Shown here piece after piece: positions 27,111 through 37,600 of a stretch of 64,000 nt of DNA. The notes beneath the pieces are model-generated. The model had not been told where the DNA came from and did no database searches. It saw only the letters and a program-made list of their open reading frames with translations. The stretch's first letter is position 1; every line of letters starts with the position of its first letter. Made by a program: the position numbers and the translations under genes. Origin of the DNA: Myxococcota bacterium (GTDB lineage Bacteria > Myxococcota_A > Bradymonadia > UBA7976 > UBA1532); assembly GCA_963169045.1 (NCBI GenBank), contig CAUJDF010000075.1:98434-162433 (forward strand). The letters run 5' to 3'.

Positions 27111-28406
27111 TCAGACCTCGTCGGGCACGGGCGCCGGGCGGCGCGGCAGCTCGAGGCGGAAGCACGCGCCGGCCCCGGGGGCGGCGGTGGTCGTCACGCG
27201 CCCGCCGTGGCGGCGGGCGATGCGGTCGACCGTCGCCAGGCCGATGCCGGTGCCGGGGTAGTCGGCGTGCAGCCGCTGGAAGGGCCGGAACAGGCGCCGG
27301 ACGTGGTCCATGTCGAAGCCGACGCCGTTGTCGCGCACCTCGATGACGTCGAGCCCGGCCTCGGGCCCGCCCGTGACGCGCAGCGCCGCGTCCGCCCGCG
27401 CCCCCGTGAACTTGAAGGCGTTGGAGACGAGGTTCTGCAGCGCGACACGCAACAGGTCGCGGTCGCCGTCGGCGACGAGGCCGTCCTGGATGTGCACGCG
27501 CACCCGGCGGCCGGGGCTGGCGGCAGCGACCTCGGCGGCGACCTCGGCGGCCAGGGCGGACACGTCCTGCGGTTCGCGGCGCAGCTCGGCGCTCGAGACG
27601 CGGGCCAGGTCGAGGAGCGCGACGATGAGGGCGCCCATGCGGTCCGCGGCGCCGGCGGCGCGCGTCAACAGATCGCGGCCCTCGTCGTCGAGCGAGGCGC
27701 CATGCTCCTCGAGGACGATCTCGATGAGGCTCCGGACGCCCCGCAGCGGCACCTGCAGGTCGTGGGAGACGGCGTACGAGAAGCTCTCGAGCTCGGCGAG
27801 GGCGGCCTGCAGGTGCTCCGTCCGCGCGGCGAGCGCGTCGTGGGCCTGTTGCAGGCGGCGGTACAGGCGGGCGTTGGTGATGGCGAGCGCCGCGTGGTCC
27901 GCCAGCCGCTGCAGGAACTCGACGTCGTCGCCCGTGTACGGCGCGACGGTGCGGTCGCGCCACACGGACAGCGCGCCGATCACGCCGTCCCGCGTGCGCA
28001 GCGGGACGCTGATCGCGCTGCGCACCGGGAAGCGGTCCATGTAGGCCTGCACGGGCGCCGCGAGCAGCGCGCGCAGGGCCGCCGGATCGACGGACGGGTA
28101 GAACGCGGGCCGTCCCGTGCGGACGACGCCGCCCGTGACCCCTTCGGACACGAGCGACTGGGCGCCGCGGGCCAGGCCCAGCGCCAGCTCCATGGCCGCG
28201 GGATCGGGGTGGTGCAGCGCGACGGGGATCAGCGCGCTGGCCTCGAGGTCGAGCAGCTCGACGAGGCAGGCGTCGCCGAGCAGCGCGGCGACGCGCGCCG
28301 CCAGCGCCCGCAGGACCGAGGCATAGTCCACGCCGGTCTCCGCCAGCAGGCGGGACAGCTCGGCCAGATCGGAGGCGCGCGTCTCGCTCACGGGCCGACG
28401 GTACAC
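27111..28406 (-). CDS. GAF-sensor histidine kinase
   Basis: GAF-like N-terminus, HisKA (FSYAVSHDLQVPLRGV) and HATPase_c (NLVSNAFKF...GTGIGLATV). Starts at GTG 28406. Confidence 0.85.
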   Translation of the reverse strand: MYRRPVSETRASDLAELSRLLAETGVDYASVLRALAARVAALLGDACLVELLDLEASALIPVALHHPDPAAMELALGLARGAQSLVSEGVTGGVVRTGRPAFYPSVDPAALRALLAAPVQAYMDRFPVRSAISVPLRTRDGVIGALSVWRDRTVAPYTGDDVEFLQRLADHAALAITNARLYRRLQQAHDALAARTEHLQAALAELESFSYAVSHDLQVPLRGVRSLIEIVLEEHGASLDDEGRDLLTRAAGAADRMGALIVALLDLARVSSAELRREPQDVSALAAEVAAEVAAASPGRRVRVHIQDGLVADGDRDLLRVALQNLVSNAFKFTGARADAALRVTGGPEAGLDVIEVRDNGVGFDMDHVRRLFRPFQRLHADYPGTGIGLATVDRIARRHGGRVTTTAAPGAGACFRLELPRRPAPVPDEV

Positions 28407-28427
28407 CGCCTCGCCGCCGGACGTAAG

Positions 28428-29939
28428 TCAGGCCTCGCCGCGCTCGATCCAGGCCCGCCGCGCGGCCTCGGCCTCGGGCGTGCGCGGACCGTCGCAGAAC
28501 AGCGCGAAGAGGGGGTCGATCTGGCCGGCGCGCGGCGCGCGGCCCGATGCCTGCCATATCCGGAAGGCGCGCTGGGCGGCGGTGCGTCCGCCCTCGCCGA
28601 AGGTGGCCGAGACGAGGCGCGACACGGTCTCGCGCCGGCGGCCCAGCGCGGCGGCGGTGTCGCTGACGTTGAAGTCGTGGGCGGCGAGCAGCGCCAGCAG
28701 CTCCTCGGGGGAGGGCGGCCAGACGGGGGCGGCCTCGACGGCGGCGACGGCGACCGGCGGCGGTGGGAGGGAGACGCCGGCGCCGCGCTCGGCGTGCGCC
28801 TTCACCATCGCGGGCGTCGGCGCCTCGCCGAGCGCCACGCGCCGCGCCAGCGTCTCGAGGCCGCGCACGTTCTCGACCCATGACGCGAGCAGCAGCGCCT
28901 GGGCGACCTCGACACTGCGGACGACCGGCCCCTCGACGCCCGCCGCCGCCAGCGCGGCGTCGAACATCGCCAGCAGGTCCTCCCGCCGGGCCCGCAACGG
29001 CGGCACGACGAGCTGTCCGACCACCATGCGGCTGAGCAGGTCGTGGCGCAGCGCCCCCGCGGCGGCGAGCGCGAACACGTCGCGGTTGGTCGCCGAGACC
29101 AGCCGGCACTCGGTGCGCAGCCGCTTGGCGCCGCCGACCGGCAGGAAGCCGGGATCGAGCGGGTCGAAGGCGTCGAGCAGCTTGGCCTGCGCCGGGACCG
29201 GCAGGTCGGCCAGCTCGTCGAGGAAGAGCGTCCCGCCGCGGGCCCGTGTCAGCAGGCCCGCCTGCTCCTTGACCGACGGGATGAAGCCGCCGACGACGCC
29301 GAACAGCGTCGCCTCCTCGAGGTTCACGGGCAGCGCGCTGCAATTGTGGCTCACGAACGGCCCGTTGCAACGCCCCGAGCGCTCGTGCAGCAGCCGCGCG
29401 ACCCGCGTCTTGCCCGTGCCCATCTCGCCGAGCAGCAGGACGGGCAGGTCGCTCGCCGCGAGGGACAGCACGCGGTCCCAGAGCTGACGCATCCCCCACG
29501 AGCGGCACGAGAAGTCGGGCGGCGGCGGCGACGCCGGCGCCGCGCTGGTGGTGCCGACCACGAAGAGCGAGCCGCCGATCTGCAGCACGGCGCCGAGCGG
29601 GGCGACCGTGCGCTCCGTGATGCGGCGGCCGTCGACGTACGTGCCGTTGCGGGAGCCCAGGTCCTCGACGACGACGCCCGGCTCTCCGCCGTTGCGCGGC
29701 ACGAGGCGCGCGTGGCGACGGCTGAGCCAGCCGTCGTCGCCGACCGCCAGGCCGCCCTCCGGCGCGCGGCCGATCTCGAGCCCGGCGCCGATCGCGATCA
29801 CGGCGTCGGTCCGGGCCGACGGCGCCTCGGCGAACACCCAGCGCACGTAGGGCGCGCCCCCCGGCGTCTCGCCGCCGCCGTCGGCGAGGCCCTGCGGCCG
29901 CGTGAGTGTCGTCCCGCCGTCGATCACGGCGGGCATCAT
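28428..29939 (-). CDS. FHA-domain sigma54-dependent transcriptional activator (bacterial enhancer-binding protein)
   Basis: FHA (...GSRNGTYVDGRRI...), the sigma54-interaction AAA+ domain (LLLGEMGTGKTRVARLLH; the GAFTGA-loop region reads GVVGGF) and a C-terminal HTH (NVSDTAAALGRRRETVSRL). It lies 22 nt upstream of the GAF histidine kinase. Confidence 0.85.
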   Translation of the reverse strand: MMPAVIDGGTTLTRPQGLADGGGETPGGAPYVRWVFAEAPSARTDAVIAIGAGLEIGRAPEGGLAVGDDGWLSRRHARLVPRNGGEPGVVVEDLGSRNGTYVDGRRITERTVAPLGAVLQIGGSLFVVGTTSAAPASPPPPDFSCRSWGMRQLWDRVLSLAASDLPVLLLGEMGTGKTRVARLLHERSGRCNGPFVSHNCSALPVNLEEATLFGVVGGFIPSVKEQAGLLTRARGGTLFLDELADLPVPAQAKLLDAFDPLDPGFLPVGGAKRLRTECRLVSATNRDVFALAAAGALRHDLLSRMVVGQLVVPPLRARREDLLAMFDAALAAAGVEGPVVRSVEVAQALLLASWVENVRGLETLARRVALGEAPTPAMVKAHAERGAGVSLPPPPVAVAAVEAAPVWPPSPEELLALLAAHDFNVSDTAAALGRRRETVSRLVSATFGEGGRTAAQRAFRIWQASGRAPRAGQIDPLFALFCDGPRTPEAEAARRAWIERGEA

Positions 29940-30025
29940 AGACCGTCACGCCGCCGATCACACCGCGTCACGCCCGATCACGCCGCCCGGACGACCTCCG
30001 CCACGCGCCCCCGCGGTGCGCGCGT

Positions 30026-30040
30026 TGGCACGTGCGTTGC
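30026..30040 (+). promoter_or_regulatory. Near-consensus sigma54 promoter (TGGCAC-N5-TTGC)
   Basis: TGGCACGTGCGTTGCG against the consensus TGGCAC-N5-TTGCW. It sits between the divergent activator gene and the downstream + strand genes; the predicted TSS is ~20 nt before the small ORF's RBS. Confidence 0.6.
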
Positions 30041-30072
30041 GATGGGCCCCGCCCCGCGAAGGGGGAGAGGCG

Positions 30073-30228
30073 ATGAAGCGACACGGAAGCATCGGCGCGG
30101 CGGTCATCCCGGTGGCCTTGCGCGCGCCCGTCGCTCTCGCCTGTCTGGTGCTCGCGCACGGGCTGGCGCTCGTCGCCGTGCTCGCCTTCGTACGCCTGCG
30201 CGTCGGCGCCGGGCGCGATCGGCGTTGA
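30073..30228 (+). CDS. Putative 51-aa small membrane protein
   Basis: ATG at 30073 with GGGGGAGAGG 2 nt upstream. The protein MKRHGSIGAAVIPVALRAPVALACLVLAHGLALVAVLAFVRLRVGAGRDRR has one TM helix. It lies ~35 nt downstream of the sigma54 promoter. Confidence 0.35.
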   Translation: MKRHGSIGAAVIPVALRAPVALACLVLAHGLALVAVLAFVRLRVGAGRDRR

Positions 30229-30291
30229 AGGCGTCGCGCGCCGCCCGGCGCGCGTGCGAGACTGGCGCCTCCACCACCCGACGGGGATGTC

Positions 30292-32970
30292 GTGACGCCG
30301 CGCCGGTCGCTCGCGCTGCTGTCGAGCCTGCTCGTGGCCTGCGGCGAGCCCGTGGCGCCGGACGCCGGCGGCCCCCCCGACGCTGCGGTGACGCGCCCGC
30401 CGGACGCGGCCCCGCCCGACACCGGCGAAGCCGCGGACGCCGCGGCGGGGCGCCCGCCCGACGGCGCGCTGCCCGACGCGGCGCCGCCGCCCCCGCCGCT
30501 CCTCCGCATCAACGAGGTCGACTGCCGCGACCCGGCCCACGTGGAGATCGCCAACGCCGGCTCCGCCGCCGCGGACCTCGCCGGCTTCACCGTCGTCGCG
30601 GCACAGCACCCCGGCCGCGTCCTGCGCCTCGACGGCCGGCTCGAGGCCGGCGCCCTGCTCGACGTCGCCGCGCCACCGTTCGCCGTGCACTGCGGCGCCA
30701 CGACGGTGACGCTCCTCCGGCCCGACGGGACGGAGGCCGACCGCGTGGACGTCCCGCTCGGCCCCGCCGCGGCGACCTGGGGGCGACTGACGGACGGCTG
30801 GGGGACGACGGAGCCCACGCCCGGCACGCCCAATGTCCCGCTCTTGCCGCCGGCGCCCGAGCTGTTCGACCCGGCCGTCGTGCACGAGATCGCGCTGACG
30901 ATCGCCCCGGACGCCTGGCAGGTGCTGCGCGACGCAGGGCACATCATGGTGGACGCGGCGCTCGCCGCGGAGGGCGACACGACGCCCGTCGGCGTCCGCC
31001 TCGGCGGGCGCGACGGCCGGTACCGGCGCATCGATCAGAAGCCGTCCCTGCGGCTCGCCTTCGACCACCGCGCTCCGGAGCGGCGCTTCCGCGGCCTGCA
31101 GGGCCTCGTCCTCGATCCGGCGGGCCTCGATCCGGCGGTGCTCACCCGCTGGCTCGCCGGCGAGGTGCTCCGCGCGGCGGGCGTCGTCGCCCCGCGCGTC
31201 GGCTTCGCGCGCCTCGCCGTGAACGGCGAGGACTACGGCCTGTACCTGGTCGTCGAGGCGTGGGACGCGGGGCTCGCCGACCGGCACTTCCCCTCGACGT
31301 GGCATGTCTACGAGGGCGCCGGCCTCGACCTCGTGTCCGAGCACGTCGAGGCCTTCGACGTGGAGGTCGGCGAGCCGGCCGGCCGCCGCGGGCTCGTCCC
31401 CGTCGTCGCCGCGCTCGAGGCGGCGGGCGCCGACCTCTTCGGCGCCACCGCGGATTACGTGGACTGGGACGCCGTGTTGCGCGCGATGGCCGCGGAGGTC
31501 TGGATGGGCAGCGTCGACGGCTACGCGGTGGGCCGCCGCGCCGTCGCGCTCCACATCGACGCGCTGCCGCGGCTCACGCTGCTGCCGGCGGGGACGGATC
31601 TCGCCTTCCGCGCGCGGTCGCCCGTCCACGCCGGCGCCGGCCGCCTCCTGACGGCGTGCCTCGCCGACGCCGCGTGCGCCGCTGCGTGGGACGCGACGCT
31701 GGCCGACGTCTCCGCGGCGCTCGCCGATCTCGAGCTCCTCCCCGCGGCGCAGGCGCTGGCCGCCCGTTTGCGCCCGCACGTGGCGCGCGATCCGCGAACG
31801 CTGTTCTCGGTCGAGATGTTCGACGCCGACGTCGCCGTGATCCTCGGCTTCCTCGCCGAGCGGCCCGCGGAGATGGCCGCGCTCGGAGCGTGCCTGCGCG
31901 ACGCCGCCGACGCGGACGGCGACGGCGCAGTGTGCGACGCCGACTGCGCGCCGGACGATCCCGCCGTCCACGCGGGCGCGGCCGAGGTGTGCGGCGACGG
32001 CGTCGATCAGGACTGCAGCGGCGTCGCCGACGACGGCGCCTGCCCGGTGTGTACGCCGCTCGATCGCGGCGGGCATGGCTACCTCGTGTGCCCCGGCAGC
32101 TGGACGTGGGCGGACGCGCGCCGCGTGTGCACCGATCGCGGCCTCGACCTCGTCGCGATGGACGACGCCGGCGAGAACCGCTGGCTGCGGGCGCGCGCGG
32201 CGGCGGTGCGCCGCCAGGACTGGTGGCTCGGCCTCTCCGACACGGCGCGCGAGGGCACGTTCGCCTGGGTCGACGGTCGGGAGCGCGGGTTCGCGAACTG
32301 GGGCGGCGGCGAGCCCAACGACTACGGGGCCGGCGAGGATTGCGCCCAGCTCCGCAGCGACGGCGCCTGGAACGACCTGCCCTGCGACGCCGGCCTCGGC
32401 GCGCTGTGCGAGGCGCCGTGCGATCCGGCGACCGACGCCGACGGCGACGGCCACTCCGCGTGCGGCGCCGACTGCGACGACGCCGATCCGCAGGTGCACC
32501 CCGGCGCGGTCGACGTGTGCGGCGACGGCGTCGACCAGGACTGCTCCGGTGTCCCGGACGACGGCGCCGGCGAGGGGGACTGCGACTGCGCCGCCTTCGA
32601 GCGCGAGGGGCGGCGCTACCTCGTGTGCCCGCGGCCGCAGCCCTACGCCGCGGCCCGCGAGCTCTGCCGCGCGCACGGCGGCGACCTGGTCGTGGTCGGC
32701 GACGCCGCCGAGAACGCGTGGCTGTTCGCCACCGCCACCGGCCTCGTCCCGCAGCGCTACTGGATCGGCCTCGACGACCTCGCCGTGGAGGGCGCCTACC
32801 GCTGGGTGGACGGCACGCGTCCGCGCTTCGTGGCCTGGAGCCGCGGCGAGCCCAACGACTCGGGGCGCGCCGAGGACTGCGGCCACTTCTGGGAGGACGC
32901 GCCGCGCTGGAACGACATCGGCTGCGACGCGGCGCTCGGCGCGATCTGCGTCCTCAGAACGGCAGACTGA
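30292..32970 (+). CDS. Lipoprotein combining a lamin-tail domain, a CotH kinase-like domain, two C-type lectin domains and MopE-like Cys-rich metal-binding motifs
   Basis: GTG at 30292. LLSSLLVAC lipobox. LTD reads LRINEVDCRDPAHVEIANAG...FTVV. The central CotH-like region reads ...SLRLAFDH...GLYLVVEA.... CTLD signatures are WWLGLSD...WNDLPCD and YWIGLDDLAVEGAYRWVDG...WNDIGCDAALGAICV. CDDADPQVHPGAVDVCGDGVDQDCSG appears twice. Confidence 0.85.
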   Translation: MTPRRSLALLSSLLVACGEPVAPDAGGPPDAAVTRPPDAAPPDTGEAADAAAGRPPDGALPDAAPPPPPLLRINEVDCRDPAHVEIANAGSAAADLAGFTVVAAQHPGRVLRLDGRLEAGALLDVAAPPFAVHCGATTVTLLRPDGTEADRVDVPLGPAAATWGRLTDGWGTTEPTPGTPNVPLLPPAPELFDPAVVHEIALTIAPDAWQVLRDAGHIMVDAALAAEGDTTPVGVRLGGRDGRYRRIDQKPSLRLAFDHRAPERRFRGLQGLVLDPAGLDPAVLTRWLAGEVLRAAGVVAPRVGFARLAVNGEDYGLYLVVEAWDAGLADRHFPSTWHVYEGAGLDLVSEHVEAFDVEVGEPAGRRGLVPVVAALEAAGADLFGATADYVDWDAVLRAMAAEVWMGSVDGYAVGRRAVALHIDALPRLTLLPAGTDLAFRARSPVHAGAGRLLTACLADAACAAAWDATLADVSAALADLELLPAAQALAARLRPHVARDPRTLFSVEMFDADVAVILGFLAERPAEMAALGACLRDAADADGDGAVCDADCAPDDPAVHAGAAEVCGDGVDQDCSGVADDGACPVCTPLDRGGHGYLVCPGSWTWADARRVCTDRGLDLVAMDDAGENRWLRARAAAVRRQDWWLGLSDTAREGTFAWVDGRERGFANWGGGEPNDYGAGEDCAQLRSDGAWNDLPCDAGLGALCEAPCDPATDADGDGHSACGADCDDADPQVHPGAVDVCGDGVDQDCSGVPDDGAGEGDCDCAAFEREGRRYLVCPRPQPYAAARELCRAHGGDLVVVGDAAENAWLFATATGLVPQRYWIGLDDLAVEGAYRWVDGTRPRFVAWSRGEPNDSGRAEDCGHFWEDAPRWNDIGCDAALGAICVLRTAD

Positions 32971-33643
32971 TCGCCGCGCACAGGAACGAGAGGTAGTCGC
33001 GCGTTCGCTCGAACCGGCCGGCGAGCTCGTCGACGACGGCGGGTGAGCCGAACACGACGGGATCGAGGTCGCACACGGCGATGAACGAGGTGCGCTTCAG
33101 CTCCTCGGCCAGCGGGTGCGTCGCGTCGAACCCGCGCGGCACGCGCTTCAGCTTGTCGCCGCCCTGGCGGAACGTCTCGGCGAAGGCGGGCTCGCCGAGG
33201 ATGGCCGCAAAGCGCTCGCCCTTGTCGGCCACCTGCTCCCGGAGGCGCTGCAGCACCGCCGGCTCCGGCCCCCACAGGCCGGCCCCGAGGAAGCACCCCT
33301 CCGGCGCGAGGTGCACGTACAGCCCGGGCGCGTGCACGTCCTTGCCGGCGTCGTGCCGGAACTGGATGCCGACGTTCGTCTTGTACGGCGTCTTGTCCTT
33401 CGAGAAGCGCGTGTCGCGGTGGACGCGCATCAGCGAGCCGCCCACCTTGCGGTCGTCCGCCACGAAGTGGGGCGACAGCGCCTGCAGGCGCGGCTTCATC
33501 GCGCGGATGAACGCCCGCGCCGGCTCGCGCACGTCGCGCTCGTAGCGATCGCGGTTGGCCTCGAACCACGTGCGCTCGTTGCGCAGCGAGAGCTCCTCGA
33601 GGAACTCGAGCGTGCCCGCGGGGAAGCCGTCGAACGTCTCCAT
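32954..33643 (-). CDS. DUF2461 (TIGR02453) family protein
   Basis: ATG at 33643 with a GGAGGGAGG RBS. It reads METFDGFPAGTLEFLEELSLRNERTWFEANRDRYERDVREP..., a typical DUF2461 N-terminus. The long 5' extension in the track is not supported. Confidence 0.8.
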   Translation of the reverse strand: METFDGFPAGTLEFLEELSLRNERTWFEANRDRYERDVREPARAFIRAMKPRLQALSPHFVADDRKVGGSLMRVHRDTRFSKDKTPYKTNVGIQFRHDAGKDVHAPGLYVHLAPEGCFLGAGLWGPEPAVLQRLREQVADKGERFAAILGEPAFAETFRQGGDKLKRVPRGFDATHPLAEELKRTSFIAVCDLDPVVFGSPAVVDELAGRFERTRDYLSFLCAAISLPF

Positions 33644-33684
33644 TGCCCCCTCCCTCCGTCGTCGGAGCGGGGAGCGTGGCACAC

Positions 33685-34404
33685 TCAGCGCGGGCGGACC
33701 ACCAGCCACGTGCGGCGGATTTGACGCGCCTCGATGCGGCCGCCCTCGCCGAAATTCGAGTCGAGCTCGCCGCGGCGCACGCGGGCCACGGTCACCTCCA
33801 CGCGGCAGCTCTCCTCGCCGTGGGCCTCGAGGTCGCCCGGCTGCACGACCAGGCCGCCGCGGTCGTCGTGGATCACGCGCTCGAAGGGCCAGATGCAGTC
33901 GCCCTCGAGCCGCACCTCGACGGGATCGCCGGCGGCGCGGTCCCACGTGATGCGCACGCGGTCCTCGCCGGGCACGACGAGCGCGCCGGCCCGCGGCGAC
34001 GTCAGCCGGAACGGCTCGGGCAGCGACACCGTCGAGTCGTCGGCGTCCTCGCCGTTCTCGGACGGCCGCTCGAACGCCACGCGGAACTCGGTGTCGGCCT
34101 CGTCGCGCGAGAAGGCGGCCAGGTAGTGGACCTCGTCCCAGACGTTGCGGCTCGCGACCATCGTCTTCGTCTGCGCCTGCGCCGTGGCCAGCAGACGGTC
34201 GCCTGCGGTCAGCTCGAGGTAGGTGTTCGACGAGTCGCCGCCGGGGCGCAGCGTCGTGCGGACGATGCTCTGTCCGTCGCCGTGCGCCTCCACCTCGATC
34301 TCGGCGTACACACCCGAGGTACGCAGGTCGGCGGAGTCGAGCGTCTCGCAGGCGGCGACGGAGAGCAGGCTGACGGCGACGGCGATCTTCGCGGAACGAT
34401 TCAT
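33685..34404 (-). CDS. Hypothetical lipoprotein
   Basis: ATG at 34404 with a GGGGGAG RBS. MNRSAKIAVAVSLLSVAAC lipobox. It occupies the 3' end of the 2271-aa shadow ORF. Confidence 0.7.
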   Translation of the reverse strand: MNRSAKIAVAVSLLSVAACETLDSADLRTSGVYAEIEVEAHGDGQSIVRTTLRPGGDSSNTYLELTAGDRLLATAQAQTKTMVASRNVWDEVHYLAAFSRDEADTEFRVAFERPSENGEDADDSTVSLPEPFRLTSPRAGALVVPGEDRVRITWDRAAGDPVEVRLEGDCIWPFERVIHDDRGGLVVQPGDLEAHGEESCRVEVTVARVRRGELDSNFGEGGRIEARQIRRTWLVVRPR

Positions 34405-34650
34405 GATTCTCCCCCGGTGTTCGTGTGTTTCGCCGCGGGATGGAGCAACGACCGTGCCGAGGGCGGCGGGCCCGCGGCGATGGCGGTCGGGCGTGCGCCG
34501 TGTGAACGCGCGTTCATGCAGTCGCCGACCGCCGTGCACAGGGGGGCGCCGTCCGGCGGGCGGCCCGCTTGCGTCATTCGGGGACCTGCCCGCACAATCG
34601 GGCCGTTTCGCGCCCCGGGGGGCGTCTCGACTCGTCAAGTCCATCAGAGG

Positions 34651-37600
34651 ATGTCCATGCGTAGGGTCACTTCGCTGACGAGCCTGCTGTGCCTTCTGTT
34701 CATGTTCGGCTGCACCGGCGAAGGCGGGGGCGGCGGTGACGGAGGCTCGGGCGGTGCCGGTGCTCAGGGCGGTGAAGGCGGCGCGGGCGGCTCGGGTGGC
34801 GAGGGCGGGGCCGGTGGAGAAGGCGGCGTCGGCGGCCAGGGCGGCGCCGGCGGCCCGGGCGGCGCCGGCGGCCAGGGCGGCGCCGGTGGACAAGGCGGCG
34901 CCGGCGGACAGGGCGGCGCCGGCGGTCAAGGCGGCGCCGGCGGTCAAGGCGGCGCCGGCGGTCAAGGCGGCGCCGGCGGAGAAGGCGGCGCCGGCGGAGA
35001 AGGCGGCGCCGGCGGAGAAGGCGGCGCCGGCGGAGAAGGCGGCGCCGGCGGAGAAGGCGGCGCCGGAGGTCAGGGCGGCGCCGGAGGTCAGGGCGGCGCC
35101 GGTGGCGCCGGCGGCCAGGGTGGCGCCGGCGGCGCGGGCGGTGAGGGCGGAGCGGGCGGCGCCGGCGGTGCGCCCGAGGTCGTCCTGCAGGGGCTGACGG
35201 TCGCGCCCGACGCCCTCCAGCTCGTCGCCGGCCAGACCGCGTACCTGCGCGTCGCCGGCACCTTCAGCGACGGCGACGAACGCGATCTGACCGACACCGC
35301 GGTCTGGCGCAGCGCCAACGGCGCGATCGTCGCCGTCGGCGCCCTCGGCGACGAGGGCAAGCAGGTCGTCGCCATCGGCGCCGGCCAGACGGCGATCACC
35401 GCCCGCGTCGGCGACGTCGTCAGCGGTCCGGTCGTGGTCACCGTGGCCGAGGTCGAGCCCGTCCGCATCGTCATCACGCCCGACGAGGCCACCGTGCCCG
35501 CCGGCGACTTCTTCGAGTTCACGGCGACCGCCGAGTTCAACGACGGTAACACCGCCGACGTGACCGAGCTGGCCGAGTGGCGCACCAGCAACGGCATCGT
35601 GGCCGAGATCTCCAACGAGCCCGGCGAGCGCGGGCGCCTCTCGGCCCACGTGGCGGGGGCGACGCAGGTCACGGCGATCTACGAGGGCCTGGTCTCGGCG
35701 CCGGTCCGCGTCGACGTCGCCGAGGCCGTCCTCATGGCGATCGACGTCTCGCCCGCCGATCCGACGGTGGCCGTCGGCCAGACGGTCTCCTTCACCGCGA
35801 CTGGCACCTACAGCGACGGCGACGAGGGCGACGTCACGGCGCTGGTGCAGTGGACGTCCTCCGACGAGGCCGTCGCGACCTTCGACGGCGCGCAGGGCGT
35901 GGCGCGCGGCGTCGCCGCCGGCCGGGCGCAGGTCGTCGCCCGCATCGGCGACCTCGCCAGCGCGCCGCGCACGATCAACGTCACGGCGGCGCGCGTCGTC
36001 GCGCTCGCCGCGCGCGGCGAGTCCGCCGAGGTGCCGGTCGGCGCGAACACACGCTTCCACGTCACCGCGACCCTGAGCGACGGCAGCGAGGTCGACTACT
36101 CGGCGCAGGCGGAGTGGCGCTCCTCCGACGCCGCGATCGCGCGCATCGTCGCCGGCGGCGTCGCCACCGGCGTGGCGCCCGGCGACGTGCAGATCACGGC
36201 GCACGCCGGCAACGTCGCGAGCGCGGCCCTGCCGCTGCGCGTCGTGCCCGTGGCGCTCACCGCGCTCGCGGTCGAGCCCGACAGCGCCGACCTCCGCGTG
36301 GGCGAGGTGACCCGCCTCGTGGCCCGCGGCACGTTCAACGACGGCTCCCGCGCCGACGTCACCGCGCGGGCCCAGTGGCGCAGCGCCAACGGCCTGATCG
36401 CCAGCGTCGGCGACGCCGAGCCCGACAAGGGCGCGGTCCGCGGCGTCGGCGCCGGGCAGACGCGCATCACCGCTTCCCTCGACGGCCAGGCGGCGGTCGC
36501 CACGGTCAACGTCCGCGCCCTCGCGGTCGCCCGGCTCGAGGTCGCGCCGGCCCAGGCCGAGGTCCCGCTGGGCGGCGAGCAGGCGTTCACCGCCACGGCG
36601 GTGCTCGAAGACGCCTCGCGCCGCGACGCTACCGCCGAGGTCAGCTGGCACAGCAGCGACGAGGGCGTGGCCACGGTCGACAACGAGGGCGAGGGCCGCG
36701 GTGTCGCCACCGGCCGCGGGCGCGGCCAGGCGTCGATCACCGCCCGGCTCGGCGCCGTCGTCAGCCCCGCGGCGACGCTCACCGTGACCGAGCCCGAGCT
36801 CACCGAGGTCTACGTCACGCCCGACGAGACCGAGGTGATCGTCGGCGAGACCGTGCAGTTCGAGGCGACCGCGGTGTACTCCGACGGCACCGAGCTCGAC
36901 GTCACCGAGCAGGCGCGCTGGACGATCGAGCCCGCCGAGCTCGCCGACATCTCCAACGCCGAGGGCACGCGCGGCGCGGCCACCGGCCAGCGTCTCGGCG
37001 TCGCCGACGTCTTCGCCTCCTTCGACGGCGAGCTCTCCGGGGCGGCGTCCCTGACGGTGCTGCCCGTGCCGAACCGCGCGCCGATCGTTCAGCTGCAGTG
37101 CCCGGAGTCGGGCCGCGAGGGCGACGCGCTCGACTTCGGCGCCGTGGGCACGAGCGACCCCGACGGCTCGATCGCCCGGCTGCTGTGGAACTTCGGGGAC
37201 GGCTCGCCGGCCATCGACATCGGCGACGGGCGCGCCGTCTCGTACACCTACGACGCCTCGGGCCCCTTCACGGTCGAGGTGACGGCCATCGACGACGAGG
37301 GCGCGCGGACGATCGCGCGCTGCAACGTGACCATCCTCAGCGCGAACGCCCCGACGGTGCGGCTCGTCCGCCCGCAGGGCGCCCGCGACACCACCCAGGG
37401 GGAGGTGATCTCGGCGCTCGTCGACGCGCGCCCCGGTCCGGGTCGCAACATCCGGCGCGTGGCGCTGCTGCTCGACGGGGAGGAGGTCGCCTTCGACGCC
37501 GACCTGCCCTACGAGATGGACTTCACGGTCCCCGCCGACGCGGCCACCGGCGCCACGCTGCGCCTCGTCGCCCAGGCGACGGACGACCGCAACGAGTCCG

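Noticed and set aside
26908-29961. 1017-aa - strand ORF overlapping the Rieske, histidine-kinase and EBP genes
   Set aside because: It is in a different frame from the two real minus-strand genes (HK, EBP), which have clean motifs. Poly-Arg/Gly composition.
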